Counted from the stretch's first letter, positions 48,158-57,776 are shown. The stretch is DNA of 64,000 nt from Candidatus Spongiisociaceae bacterium (GCA_965219685.1 CBDCOH010000002.1:4064001-4128000), one strand, 5' to 3'. Numbers and translations are program-made. The notes: generated by a model not told the origin, from the sequence alone.

Positions 48158-49924
48158 ATGGCACGGAGCACGCCCGAGGGTGCAGGGATCGTGGAGCCGG
48201 ACGACGGCCGGAAGCTGATCACCCGGCGTCGATTCATAACGATGTCGGCGGTCGCCGCAGCCGGAGGTGTGCTGGCCGCCTGCGGTCAGGACGCCGAAGA
48301 GGTGGCTACCACCCCGGCGGCGACATCCCCACCGGCGACGACGGCCGCGACGACCGCGACCACGGAAGCCATGGCGGATGAGGCGGCGCCGGCCACAACC
48401 GAGGCACCGCTGACCACCACCGTCGCCACGACCGCCCCGACGACGACGCAACCGGCTCAGGTCGGAGGTGTTGTCGTGGTCGATCAGGCCACAGAGCCGC
48501 CTGCCCTGAACCCGTGGCAGTTCAACTTCCAGTACGTGATCTGGATGTCCGATCTGGTCGAGGAGCCCCTCTACCGGTACGACGATGACCTCAAGATCAT
48601 CCCCTGGCTGGCCTCCGAACTGCCCGCCGCAAGTGACGACGGACTCACCTGGGACATCCCCATCAGGGAGGGCATCCAGTTCCACAACGGCGACACGCTG
48701 ACCGCCCACCATGTGGTCGACCTGTTCGCCAAGGGCGCCGAGTCGGGCATCTGGAGGAGCCGCTTCGCGTTCGGAATTGACAGCACCGAGGCCCTTGAGG
48801 ACAACCTGCTGCGGGTCAACTTCAGCAAGCCGTTCTCGATCTTCCTGGACAAGCTGGCCCTCATGGCGATACGGCATCCCGACAACTTCGAGGCGACGGA
48901 CAAGTTCCTCGGAACCGGTCCCTTCGTCCATACGGCTTACGACCAGGGTTCCTCGGCGACCTTCGCCCGGAACGACAACTACTGGGGCACCCAGCCGTCG
49001 ATCGAGGGCGTCGAGTTCCGGTTCGTGGCGGACAACGGCGCCCGACTGGTGAACCTGATTCGGGCCGATTCCACCGTCTACCCGGAAACGGAACCGAATT
49101 CCGTGCCGCTGCTGGAAGCGGAGCCGGACATCACGGTCCTGAACCAGCAGTCCCCCTTCGAGATCTTGTGGTGGAACAACGTCGGGCGGGAGCCGTTCAG
49201 CGACAAGCGCATCGTGGAGGCCATGGCCCGTTCCATGGACCGCCAGGCTGTGAACGACATCGTGTTCGGTGGGTTGGGAACCATCGCCCAGGGCATGCTC
49301 GGACCGGCCACCGGCGGTTACGACCCGAACTTCAAGCCCTTCACCGACACCGCCGACCTGGCGACGGCCAGGGCGCTCATGTCGGAGGCCACCAACCTGG
49401 TGTTCGATGAGGACGGGAACATCGCCGAGGGAGACCCGGTCGAGTTCGACGTGATGTTCATCAACTCGCCGACGGTGCGCGATCTTGGAGCAGTGCTGCA
49501 GCAGCAGTGGTTGGCGGTGGGCCTTCGAGCCAACCTCGCCTTCCTGGAGATCGCAGCCTGGGTAGCCAGGTTCTTCGATTCCGACTACGACATCGGGGTC
49601 AGCGTGTCGACCGACGGGCCCTCGCAGGGAGCCACCGCGTGGAGTTCGCTGGGGACGGCTCGGTCGGATCACTTCTTCAACACGATGATGTACTACAACG
49701 ACGAGTACACGCAGCTCATCAGCGACTCGTTCGGCGAGCCGGACGACGCGACCCGGTTCGCCATGTGGAGGCGCGCCAACGAGATCCTGACCCTGGACTT
49801 CGTGATGACGCCGCCGGTGTACCCGCCGTTCGTCGTGTCGACACATGCCAGCCTGCAGGGCAACCTGCTCGGCCCGATGCGGACCAACCGTCTCGCGCTC
49901 GAGAACACCAGTTTCGTCGCCTGA
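48158..49924 (+). CDS. family 5 ABC substrate-binding lipoprotein (Tat signal)
   Basis: TRRRF, LAACG lipobox, Thr/Ala linker, DGLTW...IREG..FHNG, GTGPF, N.NYWG. Confidence 0.92.
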   Translation: MARSTPEGAGIVEPDDGRKLITRRRFITMSAVAAAGGVLAACGQDAEEVATTPAATSPPATTAATTATTEAMADEAAPATTEAPLTTTVATTAPTTTQPAQVGGVVVVDQATEPPALNPWQFNFQYVIWMSDLVEEPLYRYDDDLKIIPWLASELPAASDDGLTWDIPIREGIQFHNGDTLTAHHVVDLFAKGAESGIWRSRFAFGIDSTEALEDNLLRVNFSKPFSIFLDKLALMAIRHPDNFEATDKFLGTGPFVHTAYDQGSSATFARNDNYWGTQPSIEGVEFRFVADNGARLVNLIRADSTVYPETEPNSVPLLEAEPDITVLNQQSPFEILWWNNVGREPFSDKRIVEAMARSMDRQAVNDIVFGGLGTIAQGMLGPATGGYDPNFKPFTDTADLATARALMSEATNLVFDEDGNIAEGDPVEFDVMFINSPTVRDLGAVLQQQWLAVGLRANLAFLEIAAWVARFFDSDYDIGVSVSTDGPSQGATAWSSLGTARSDHFFNTMMYYNDEYTQLISDSFGEPDDATRFAMWRRANEILTLDFVMTPPVYPPFVVSTHASLQGNLLGPMRTNRLALENTSFVA

Positions 49925-49956
49925 TCGCAGGGACCTATGAGTAGACGGGCGCCGTC

Positions 49957-51303
49957 GTGACGGTCACGGCGGCGCTCGTTCGCGAGGTCATCGACACGTC
50001 CTTCCGGGAGATTCCCCGAGCCGCTGTCGACCGGATAAGGCGCCTCATCGTCGACTCCGTCGCCAACTGCTTCATGGGCTACGAGGTGACCGGTCGGCAG
50101 TTGGCGGCATACGCGGCGGAACTCGGCGGACCTGAGGAAGCCGTGCTTGTAGCGGACGGCCGCCGGGTTCCGGCGGAGGTGGCGGCTGCTGTAAACGCGC
50201 AGGTCGCTCGGGATACCGACTTCGAGGAGACCGGTCCCGGTCTTCATGCCGGACCGGCCATGGTCCACACCGCTCTGGCCGTCGGCCAGCGCGTAGGCGC
50301 CTCCGGCGCCGACGTGGTGGCCGCCGCAACCATCGGGTACGAGGTGAACGCTCGCTTCCATCACGCGAGGCGCGACGGTGACATCATCCGCCACCACGCC
50401 ACCTGCGTCGCCATCGTGGCCGGCAAGCTCCTGGGTCTGGGCGGAGAGGCGCTGAATCGGGCCATCGGATTCTCCTGGGAACTACCTACGAGCGACATCC
50501 TCCGCTACTGGCCTCCTCAGGCCAAGCGGGTGAGCCGCCTGGGGATCGGGAATCTCTGGGTTTGCCGCTTGGGCGTGCAAGCTGCTCTGCTGGCCAGTCA
50601 CGGTTACGGGGGCCTGCCCGACGAACTCGACTTCCAGGCTGCGGATTACGACCTCCAAGGGATAGCCGCACCGACCGGGTTCGCTCACACCGCCAACGAA
50701 CTGGAACTCAAGCCCTACCCGGCCAGCCGGGGCTGCAACGGGGCTCTCGACCTGGTCGGCCGGATCGTCCGGCGGGAGTCTCTGCGGATCGACGAGATCG
50801 AGCGCATTACGGCCCGGCTGCCGAGTATCTACCTGGATGCCCACCAGTTCGAACCCGAGCCCGAGAACTACTGGGAGGCGATCTACAGCACGCATTGGGG
50901 CATCACCATGCAGGCGATGCAGGTGCCCCCAGGTCGGCAGTGGTTCACACCCGAACGCCTGGGCGACGCTCGTTCGAGGGGGCTATGCGCCAAGGTCGAG
51001 ATCGTCGAGGATCCGGAGGCTACGCGGGCTCGTGACGAGAAGCGTCGTGGGGAGATGGCGAACACGGTGGAGATCGAGGCCAGGGGACAGGTGTTCACCG
51101 AGTCGATACTGATGCGCGACGTGCCCGGAAGCGCGCGTATGCCGATGACCGAGGATGTGTTCAGGGGAAAGTTCCTGTCGCTCGCCGAACCCGGCATCGG
51201 CTCCGCCCAAGCCGCCACGTTGTACGACGCTCTCTCCGAAGTCGAAGCGCTTCCGGACGTGAGGTCGCTCGCACCCATTATGGCTCCACCGGTTCGGGGG
51301 TAA
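49957..51303 (+). CDS. MmgE/PrpD family protein, divergent DFEETGPG clade
   Basis: NAQVARDTDFEETGPGLH, GYEV, LKPYP, GS...PM...KF. Confidence 0.86.
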   Translation: MTVTAALVREVIDTSFREIPRAAVDRIRRLIVDSVANCFMGYEVTGRQLAAYAAELGGPEEAVLVADGRRVPAEVAAAVNAQVARDTDFEETGPGLHAGPAMVHTALAVGQRVGASGADVVAAATIGYEVNARFHHARRDGDIIRHHATCVAIVAGKLLGLGGEALNRAIGFSWELPTSDILRYWPPQAKRVSRLGIGNLWVCRLGVQAALLASHGYGGLPDELDFQAADYDLQGIAAPTGFAHTANELELKPYPASRGCNGALDLVGRIVRRESLRIDEIERITARLPSIYLDAHQFEPEPENYWEAIYSTHWGITMQAMQVPPGRQWFTPERLGDARSRGLCAKVEIVEDPEATRARDEKRRGEMANTVEIEARGQVFTESILMRDVPGSARMPMTEDVFRGKFLSLAEPGIGSAQAATLYDALSEVEALPDVRSLAPIMAPPVRG

Positions 51304-51347
51304 CATCGGGCCAACGCGATCGGGTGCCGGAGCGTAGGGAGGGAATC

Positions 51348-52190
51348 ATGGAGCCGGTGATGCTTACCGATGTCTCCGGGATGGACTGGACCGCCCAGAT
51401 GTTCGGTGGGCGATCGAAGCGGCTCTTCGAAGGAGCCGACGGGAGCCATCTCGACTACGTCGACTTCTCGGGCAACGCCGCCTGGGACCGCAACGATCCG
51501 GGAAAAGGTCCCCACTACCACACCTACCACGAGTGGGCCTACTGCCTGTCGGGCCATTTCGTCATCTACGAGTTCGTCCATCCACGCCAGATCGAGGGTG
51601 AACTGGTCCACTTTCGCGAGGGAACCTTCATGAGCAGGCCGGCCTACAGCCTGCACGCAGGGCAGGGCTACCCGCGTTCGGCGTTCCGCCAGGGACCGTG
51701 TGTCCTGCTCAACTACGAGGAGGGTCCGTCGGAGGTGCTGCTGGCCGGACCGGACAACGTTCCTGACGATGTGGTCGACTGGCCCGATAACTTCATTCGT
51801 CAGAGCGCCACGACCCTCGAGTGGGAGGTTGATCCGGAGCTCGGGGGCGCCAGCATGAAGTGGCTCCGTGAGGATCCGATCGGTGGGTTCCGGGCCAAAC
51901 TACGCCACGTGCCGCCCGGATGGGTGGCACCCGCAGAGATGCGGGCCACCTACCACGAACGGGCACACCGCTTCGCCTACGTGATCGCGGGAGACATGAC
52001 GTTGCTGGCAGGGGATGGTGGTACCGCGGTCGGGCCCGACTGGTTCATCGAACAGCCGCCGGGAACAGTGTGGGCCTGGCAGAGCGGCTCGGCGTCCGAG
52101 ACAGGGTGCATGTGGCTCGAAGCGACCTACGCATCCGGCACGACATTGAGCAACGGCGGGGTGGAGGACCCGATCGCGGCCGGGAACTGA
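51348..52190 (+). CDS. cupin-like hypothetical protein
   Basis: HYHTYHEWAY.L.G...RP..S.H putative metal-binding cupin motifs and a degenerate second cupin. Confidence 0.65.
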   Translation: MEPVMLTDVSGMDWTAQMFGGRSKRLFEGADGSHLDYVDFSGNAAWDRNDPGKGPHYHTYHEWAYCLSGHFVIYEFVHPRQIEGELVHFREGTFMSRPAYSLHAGQGYPRSAFRQGPCVLLNYEEGPSEVLLAGPDNVPDDVVDWPDNFIRQSATTLEWEVDPELGGASMKWLREDPIGGFRAKLRHVPPGWVAPAEMRATYHERAHRFAYVIAGDMTLLAGDGGTAVGPDWFIEQPPGTVWAWQSGSASETGCMWLEATYASGTTLSNGGVEDPIAAGN

Positions 52191-52203
52191 GGCCGGCCCG
52201 CTC

Positions 52204-53142
52204 CTACTGGCGGAGTTGGGGGTCGAGGAGGTCGTTCAGCCCGTCGCCCACGAGGTTGAAGCCGACCGTGGCGACCAAGAGCACCATTCCGGGGAACAGG
52301 GAATACCACCAGGCCCCCAGAAGCATGAAGGCGGTGGCGTCGAACAGGATGTTGCCGATGGTGGGAGCAGGGGGCTGGATGCCCAATCCGAGGAAGCTGA
52401 GAGCCGCTTCGGCGAAGATGGCTATCGCGATCCAGAGGAATGCCTGGACGAGCACGGGTGGCGCGACGTTGACGATGACCTCCCGGAACAGGATCCGGCG
52501 GCGGGGCACGCCCACCACCCTCAGGGCATCTACGTAGTCCTCGTGAACCTCCACCAGGGTGGCGGCCCGGGCAACTCGAGCGAAGAACGGGGTGGCGGCA
52601 AGGGCGATGAGCATCACCACCTTCCAGGCGCCAGGGATCTGGATGGGTCCGACCTGGGTGGGTCCGATCCCGGTGAGGCCTAGAACGAACATTCCCAAGA
52701 CGAACAGGGGCAATGCCAGGATGACGTCGACGGCGCGCATGATCACCTCGTCGATCATGGTGCCCCCGCGGTACCCGGCCAGCATCCCCGCCGGCACCGC
52801 GATGATCAGGCCCAGCAGTACGCTCATCACTGCCACAAGGAGGGAGATGCGGGCCCCGTCGGCCGATCGGGCCAGCATGTCCCGTCCCAGATGATCCGTC
52901 CCGAAGAGGCTCTCCCCGCTCGGTGAGCCCAGGCGATCGGTCGACAGTTCGAGAGGGTCGCCCGTGAGGATCGGTCCGAAGATGGAGAAAAGTAGGTAGA
53001 TCAAGACCAGGACGGCGCCTGCCCTGGTCGCCCAGTTGTGGTTGATCATGCTGGTGAAGCTGCGCAGGGCGCGCAGTACGGGCGATGTAGCCTGAGCCGG
53101 GCCGGGGAGCGGCGCCGGATCCCGTTGTACGGCTGAAGTCAC
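52204..53142 (-). CDS. peptide ABC transporter permease (OppC/DppC-like)
   Basis: FGTDHLGRD, DYVDA.R..G, EAALSFLGLG, FNL.GDGL.D.LDP. Confidence 0.92.
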   Translation of the reverse strand: MTSAVQRDPAPLPGPAQATSPVLRALRSFTSMINHNWATRAGAVLVLIYLLFSIFGPILTGDPLELSTDRLGSPSGESLFGTDHLGRDMLARSADGARISLLVAVMSVLLGLIIAVPAGMLAGYRGGTMIDEVIMRAVDVILALPLFVLGMFVLGLTGIGPTQVGPIQIPGAWKVVMLIALAATPFFARVARAATLVEVHEDYVDALRVVGVPRRRILFREVIVNVAPPVLVQAFLWIAIAIFAEAALSFLGLGIQPPAPTIGNILFDATAFMLLGAWWYSLFPGMVLLVATVGFNLVGDGLNDLLDPQLRQ

Positions 53143-53281
53143 GCTGACACCTCGGCTTGACTGCTGGAATCAGGTTAGGGGAGAGCATAAGCGGCCGCCA
53201 TCGCCGATGGGCCGCGCCAACCCGCCCGATAGCCGACGGCCCGCCCGCAGTCCCTATAGGCTCCGACTACCGACTACTCCC

Positions 53282-54625
53282 ATGACCATTACCCAACGCC
53301 TGGCAGAAGAAGTCGCCCGATCCGAGTACGACGACCTCCCCGTGGAGGCAGTCTCGATCGTCAAACAGGCTCTGATGGACGACATCGGAGTGGCGATGCT
53401 CGCCCACGAGTACCTAGACCAGCCTCTGGTGCGGTTCGCCCGCGCGATCGGCGGGAATACGGAGGCGACCCTGGTGGGCGACGGATCCCTTGTCTCGGCC
53501 GGGCTGGCGGCCGGCGTCAACGCGGAGATGGCCTCCCACTCCGACTTCGAGGAGTCGGGTCCCGGAGTTCATGCCTTCTCGCCGATCGGCCAGACAGCCG
53601 TGGCCATGGCCGAGCGGGAGGGGGCCTCGGGCCGCGACGTGATCGCCGCCATCGCGGTGAGCTACGAGATCAACGGCCGATTCGCTCGGAACCTCGCCGA
53701 CACGAGTCCCCTCATACACCTTTTCCCGGCCCACTTCCGGAGGCATCTGATCGTCAACCCGGCCCTGGCAGCTGCAAGGATGCTGCGCCTGGACGCAGAC
53801 GCCATCAACAGGGTGATCGGCCTCGCTTGGACGATGGTGCCGCCCGATATGAAACACATCTACCTGACCCCCCGGCTGGACTGGCCCAACAGCCAGCACA
53901 ATCTGTGGAGTTGCCAGATCGGCATCCAGTCGGCTCTGCTGGTCGCATCGGGTACCGGCGGTCCCCCCGACATTCTCGACCACGGAGCGGCTGACATCTA
54001 CTGCCTCAGCCGTCTCGGCGAGTCTCCCGCGCCCTTCCACTACCTGACGAACGAACTCAACTTCAAGCCCTGGATCGGCAGCTACGGCTTCATGGGAGGC
54101 ATGCAGATCGCCGGCCGCTTGGTGGCGGAACACCGGATCGATCCATCCGCGATCGACCATGTGACCTTCCGCGGCAGCGCTGTCTACAACGACCCGGACA
54201 GCGTTTTCGTCGATCCGGAGCCGGACACGGCCTGGAAGGCACTCGGATGTGTCCCGTGGGCCATCGCCAACGTCATCCTCGGCCACCCCGCCGGCCCGGA
54301 CTGGCTGGCGCCCGAGAGCCTGGCCGATCCGGAGCGCCGCGCCCTTACCCGCAGGGTGAGGCTCGAGACCTCCGAGAGTCCGTATGTCAACGAGGTGGAG
54401 ATTGCGGCCGCCGGTGAGGTCTACCAAGGCCGGATCCGGCGGGAAGACTATCTCGGCAGCCCGCGCAACCCGATGTCCTTGGAGCAGTTGGAAGCCAAGT
54501 TCGTGCGCAACGCTTCGGTGGTGGTCGGCGAGCCCAGGGCGAGAGAGATGGTCGATTTACTCAGCGCCCTGGAGGAGGTGGCCGACATTCGCGAGTTGAC
54601 TCGACTCTTCTCGAGTCAGTTCTGA
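53282..54625 (+). CDS. MmgE/PrpD family protein, divergent DFEESGPG clade
   Basis: NAEMASHSDFEESGPGVH, SYEI, FKPW, GSPRNPM...KF. Confidence 0.86.
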   Translation: MTITQRLAEEVARSEYDDLPVEAVSIVKQALMDDIGVAMLAHEYLDQPLVRFARAIGGNTEATLVGDGSLVSAGLAAGVNAEMASHSDFEESGPGVHAFSPIGQTAVAMAEREGASGRDVIAAIAVSYEINGRFARNLADTSPLIHLFPAHFRRHLIVNPALAAARMLRLDADAINRVIGLAWTMVPPDMKHIYLTPRLDWPNSQHNLWSCQIGIQSALLVASGTGGPPDILDHGAADIYCLSRLGESPAPFHYLTNELNFKPWIGSYGFMGGMQIAGRLVAEHRIDPSAIDHVTFRGSAVYNDPDSVFVDPEPDTAWKALGCVPWAIANVILGHPAGPDWLAPESLADPERRALTRRVRLETSESPYVNEVEIAAAGEVYQGRIRREDYLGSPRNPMSLEQLEAKFVRNASVVVGEPRAREMVDLLSALEEVADIRELTRLFSSQF

Positions 54626-54680
54626 ACGGTTGCCGGTTGTCCGTCGTGACCACTTGTTTGGGTCTGGTTCGGGGTGTTTA

Positions 54681-54718
54681 TGTCACAGGCGGGTTGTACA
54701 ATGAGAACATATGTTCGA
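54681..54718 (+). promoter_or_regulatory. DNA-damage promoter: PafBC/RecA-NDp-like motif plus LexA (SOS) box
   Basis: TGTCAcag-N8-TACAAT (54681-54702) followed by GAACatatGTTCga (54705-54718), which overlaps the ATG. Confidence 0.75.
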
Positions 54719-56069
54719 TTACTTACTCGACTATCCCGACCGGGAAAACGTCCAGCCCACCACTGCCAACAGTGGAGGACCGGACGCTGACCTGTTCGCG
54801 AGCCGTTACCAGCAGGAACGGCAGCGGGTCTACGACCGGGCCCGGCACATGGCAGCCGATGGTGGCTACACCCACGCCGTTGTGGAGGACGCCAAAGCCG
54901 AAGCCGCCCTCGTCCGCGCGCAGGCCAAGGTCAGCCGGGCCCGCGGTGGGCAGATCGCATGGGTGCGGCACATGCTGCGGCGGGGCGCGGCGGCCAGGTT
55001 GGGGTACCGCAACCCCACAGAGATGGTCGCCTCCCGCCTCGATGTGCGCCGCTCCACAGCCCGCGACCTGGTCTATCTCGCCGGACGGTTGGGAGATCAT
55101 CGGATCGAGGCGATCCGCGCAGGTGCCGTCTCCTACGAACGGGCACTGGCCGAGGAACACCTAGCCGAGGCGGGCGCCTCGATGGAGGTGATCGAAGCCA
55201 GCCGGGACCTCGACCTCGAAGCCGTCAAACGGGTATTGCAGTCTCATCGCAGGATGAGCCGCCACGACGAACGGGCTGTGTTCGAAGGCCAGTACCTGAT
55301 GTTGCAGCCGTCGTTGGACGGCAGCCACATGCAGGTGAACGGACGGCTCGGCGCCCTCGAAGGAGACATATGCCGCCAAGGCTTGGACCGAAGAGGCGAA
55401 AAACTGGTACCCGCAGGCGAAACCCGTCCCAACGCCGGACAGAGACGAGCCCTCGCGCTCACCACCCTATGCCAAGACGAACTAGACCGCACCCCCCAAC
55501 CGCCCACAACGACCACCGAACGCTTCCGGGAAGCCCAAAGACGCCGCGAACCCTCCCTCATAGCCGTCGCCAACCAGCCCCAAGCCGACGACTCCGGCAA
55601 CGAACAAGGAGCAGCCATCCTCGCCGGAGCCAGGATAGGACCCGACAGCGTAGACCTCATCAACTGCGTCGCCACCACCGAGATCATCACCGTCTCCGGA
55701 CAGAACATCCTCCACCACGGAACCACCACCTCGATACGCCCATCCCTGCGCAGAGCCGTCCTCGCCCGCGACGACGGATGCACCATCGACGGATGCACCT
55801 CCACCTACCGGCTCGAAGCACACCACATCACCCCCAGATCCCAAGGCGGCACCAACACAGCAGAGAACCTCACCACCCTGTGCTGGTGGCACCACCACGT
55901 CGCCGTACACCGCCGAGGCATGCGCATAGACCCCCAATCCCCACCCCGACGCCGACGCCTCACCCCACCAAGAACACGAACCTGCGACCACCAGCCACCC
56001 GAACCCGACCCCCACACCCACGCCGTACTCAAAGCCATACACACACCCACCAACCGCGCCCCGCCGTGA
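54711..56069 (+). CDS. DUF222/13E12-like HNH endonuclease
   Basis: RRAVLARDDGC...GC.....LEAHHI....GG....NL..LC..HH. Strongly C/A-skewed 3' half. Confidence 0.88.
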   Translation: MFDYLLDYPDRENVQPTTANSGGPDADLFASRYQQERQRVYDRARHMAADGGYTHAVVEDAKAEAALVRAQAKVSRARGGQIAWVRHMLRRGAAARLGYRNPTEMVASRLDVRRSTARDLVYLAGRLGDHRIEAIRAGAVSYERALAEEHLAEAGASMEVIEASRDLDLEAVKRVLQSHRRMSRHDERAVFEGQYLMLQPSLDGSHMQVNGRLGALEGDICRQGLDRRGEKLVPAGETRPNAGQRRALALTTLCQDELDRTPQPPTTTTERFREAQRRREPSLIAVANQPQADDSGNEQGAAILAGARIGPDSVDLINCVATTEIITVSGQNILHHGTTTSIRPSLRRAVLARDDGCTIDGCTSTYRLEAHHITPRSQGGTNTAENLTTLCWWHHHVAVHRRGMRIDPQSPPRRRRLTPPRTRTCDHQPPEPDPHTHAVLKAIHTPTNRAPP

Positions 56070-56133
56070 CGGTGGCTGTCGGGAGGGTCCAATGCCCGTG
56101 CCAACCACAGACTGTCCACTAGCCTGCGCGGCT

Positions 56134-56793
56134 ATGGAACCGACCAGACTTCCCCCCGTCGGTCACTACCTGGCCTATGAGGTGGGACAACTCGCAGGGG
56201 TATCCGGTGGCCGTATCGGCCAGTGGGCCCGACACGGCTACATATGCTCGTCGCAGTCCGAGGGTCCGCCCCGCATCTACTCCTACCAAGACGTGGCGGA
56301 GGCGATGGTTGTCCATGCGCTGATTCAAGACGGTATGTCGCTGAGGAACATTCGAACCGCCGTCCAGAATCTGCGGGATGAGTTCGGGCCCTGGCCGCTT
56401 CAGGACGCGCCGCTGTATGCGGAATCTGACCGCCGGATCCTGCTCATGGACTCAGGAGAGCTTTTCGAGGCGGATACCGCGAAGATGCCGGGTAGCGGGG
56501 TGATCTACCAAACGGTGGAGCGGAACCTCAAACAGATCGCCGCCGATCTCCGCAGAGGAGGATGGGCGGCCCGCGAACTTCCCGACCTCGAACACATAGA
56601 GGTCAACCCCAAGCGGCTGTCCGGCCGACCCACTATAAGAGGACGACGCATACCGGCTCGATTCGTTGCTGAGACGGCCCGAACGGCGGGTGGCCGAGAT
56701 CTCCTACAGGCAGACTTCGATCTCGAACCTGCACAGATCGATGACGCGGTCTCCTGGCTTGAATCCGTCGATGTATATCTCGCCGCTGCATAG
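56134..56793 (+). CDS. MerR-like HTH plus DUF433 antitoxin (VapB45-like)
   Basis: EVGQLAGVS...I.QW, YSYQDV.E, NP....GRPTIRGRRI. Confidence 0.82.
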   Translation: MEPTRLPPVGHYLAYEVGQLAGVSGGRIGQWARHGYICSSQSEGPPRIYSYQDVAEAMVVHALIQDGMSLRNIRTAVQNLRDEFGPWPLQDAPLYAESDRRILLMDSGELFEADTAKMPGSGVIYQTVERNLKQIAADLRRGGWAARELPDLEHIEVNPKRLSGRPTIRGRRIPARFVAETARTAGGRDLLQADFDLEPAQIDDAVSWLESVDVYLAAA

Positions 56794-56796
56794 TTC

Positions 56797-57215
56797 GTGC
56801 TGGAAATCGTTGTCGACGAGAGCTTGTCAACTCGCATCGCTACTGAGCTTGGCAATCGCGGGCGAAAATCCATCACGGTGGCAGCGCTCGATCTCAGAGG
56901 GCAGGAGGATGGCGATATAGTACGCCAACTGGCCGAACGGTCTGATCAGTGGGTATTGCTCACCGCTGATGATCGGCTACCTCTTGTCTGGCACGAGGTA
57001 ATCGCCCAGACGCCACCATCGCGACGATTCACCCGGTCTATCCCGTCTCATACACTGAGAACGAGTGGCACCACGATGTATCGCATCGCTGGGCACATGT
57101 GATCTGCGAACAGGGCCAAGGAACCGTAAGACGGTACTACTTGAAAACACACCGACTCTGGACTCCTCCCCGGTACCGTCGGAGATCGGCCGCGTCCGGT
57201 TCATGCGGTGGTTGA
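56797..57215 (+). pseudogene. PIN-like toxin (DUF5615/VapC45-like), frameshifted near 57011
   Basis: VVDESL, G.ED, WVLLTAD. A plausible C-terminus (ATIATIHP...HRWAHVI..Q..GTVRRY) continues in the -1 frame to TGA 57215. Confidence 0.6.
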
Positions 57216-57365
57216 TCCCGTAGAGGTTCGCAGCACCGGATCCTCACCCATTGGGTGATTGGAGCCCGCCCGATCCGCAGTCCGGTACCCCGGGAGCATT
57301 CCTCGGCGCTGTCATTAGCATGCAGTCCTAGTACGGTGGCCGGCATCGTCCAGGGGAGGTTGAGC

Positions 57366-57776
57366 ATGGAAGCGTTGTTGATCATCGGGCGGATTCTGTT
57401 CTCGCTGATATTCATCGGAGCCGGGATCGGCCATCTAGCCAAGCCCAAGGAGACCGCCGCGTACGCCGAGGTGCGAGGCATGCCGGCTGCCGAATGGCGG
57501 GTGCGCATCTCGGGTGTCTTGATCGCCGCGGGGGGTCTTGGCGTCATCCTCGGAGTCTGGATGGACCTCGCCGCGCTCGGGCTGACCGTCTACGTGCTGA
57601 TCGCGGCCTTCCTGATACACCACTTCTGGTCGGACGAAGAGCCCACGAGGACCACGGAAATGGCCATGTTCATGAAGAACCTCGCCATCGCGGGCGCCGG
57701 CCTGATCATCTTCGCCATGTCGGCCAACGGCGCGGATATGGGCTGGGAACTGGGAAGCAGCGCCTTCAACCTCTGA
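57366..57776 (+). CDS. DoxX family membrane protein
   Basis: GRILFS.IF...G..H, HHFW, FMKNLA..G. Confidence 0.9.
   Translation: MEALLIIGRILFSLIFIGAGIGHLAKPKETAAYAEVRGMPAAEWRVRISGVLIAAGGLGVILGVWMDLAALGLTVYVLIAAFLIHHFWSDEEPTRTTEMAMFMKNLAIAGAGLIIFAMSANGADMGWELGSSAFNL

Noticed and set aside
48059-49846. Long antisense ORFs (also 17078..18562, 26259..27710, 33941..35323, 58311..59777)
   Set aside because: Typical high-GC shadow frames opposite well-supported genes, with no motifs.
55380-56069. Strong C/A strand skew as a separate element
   Set aside because: It lies within the HNH gene, and such skew is common in 13E12-type genes.
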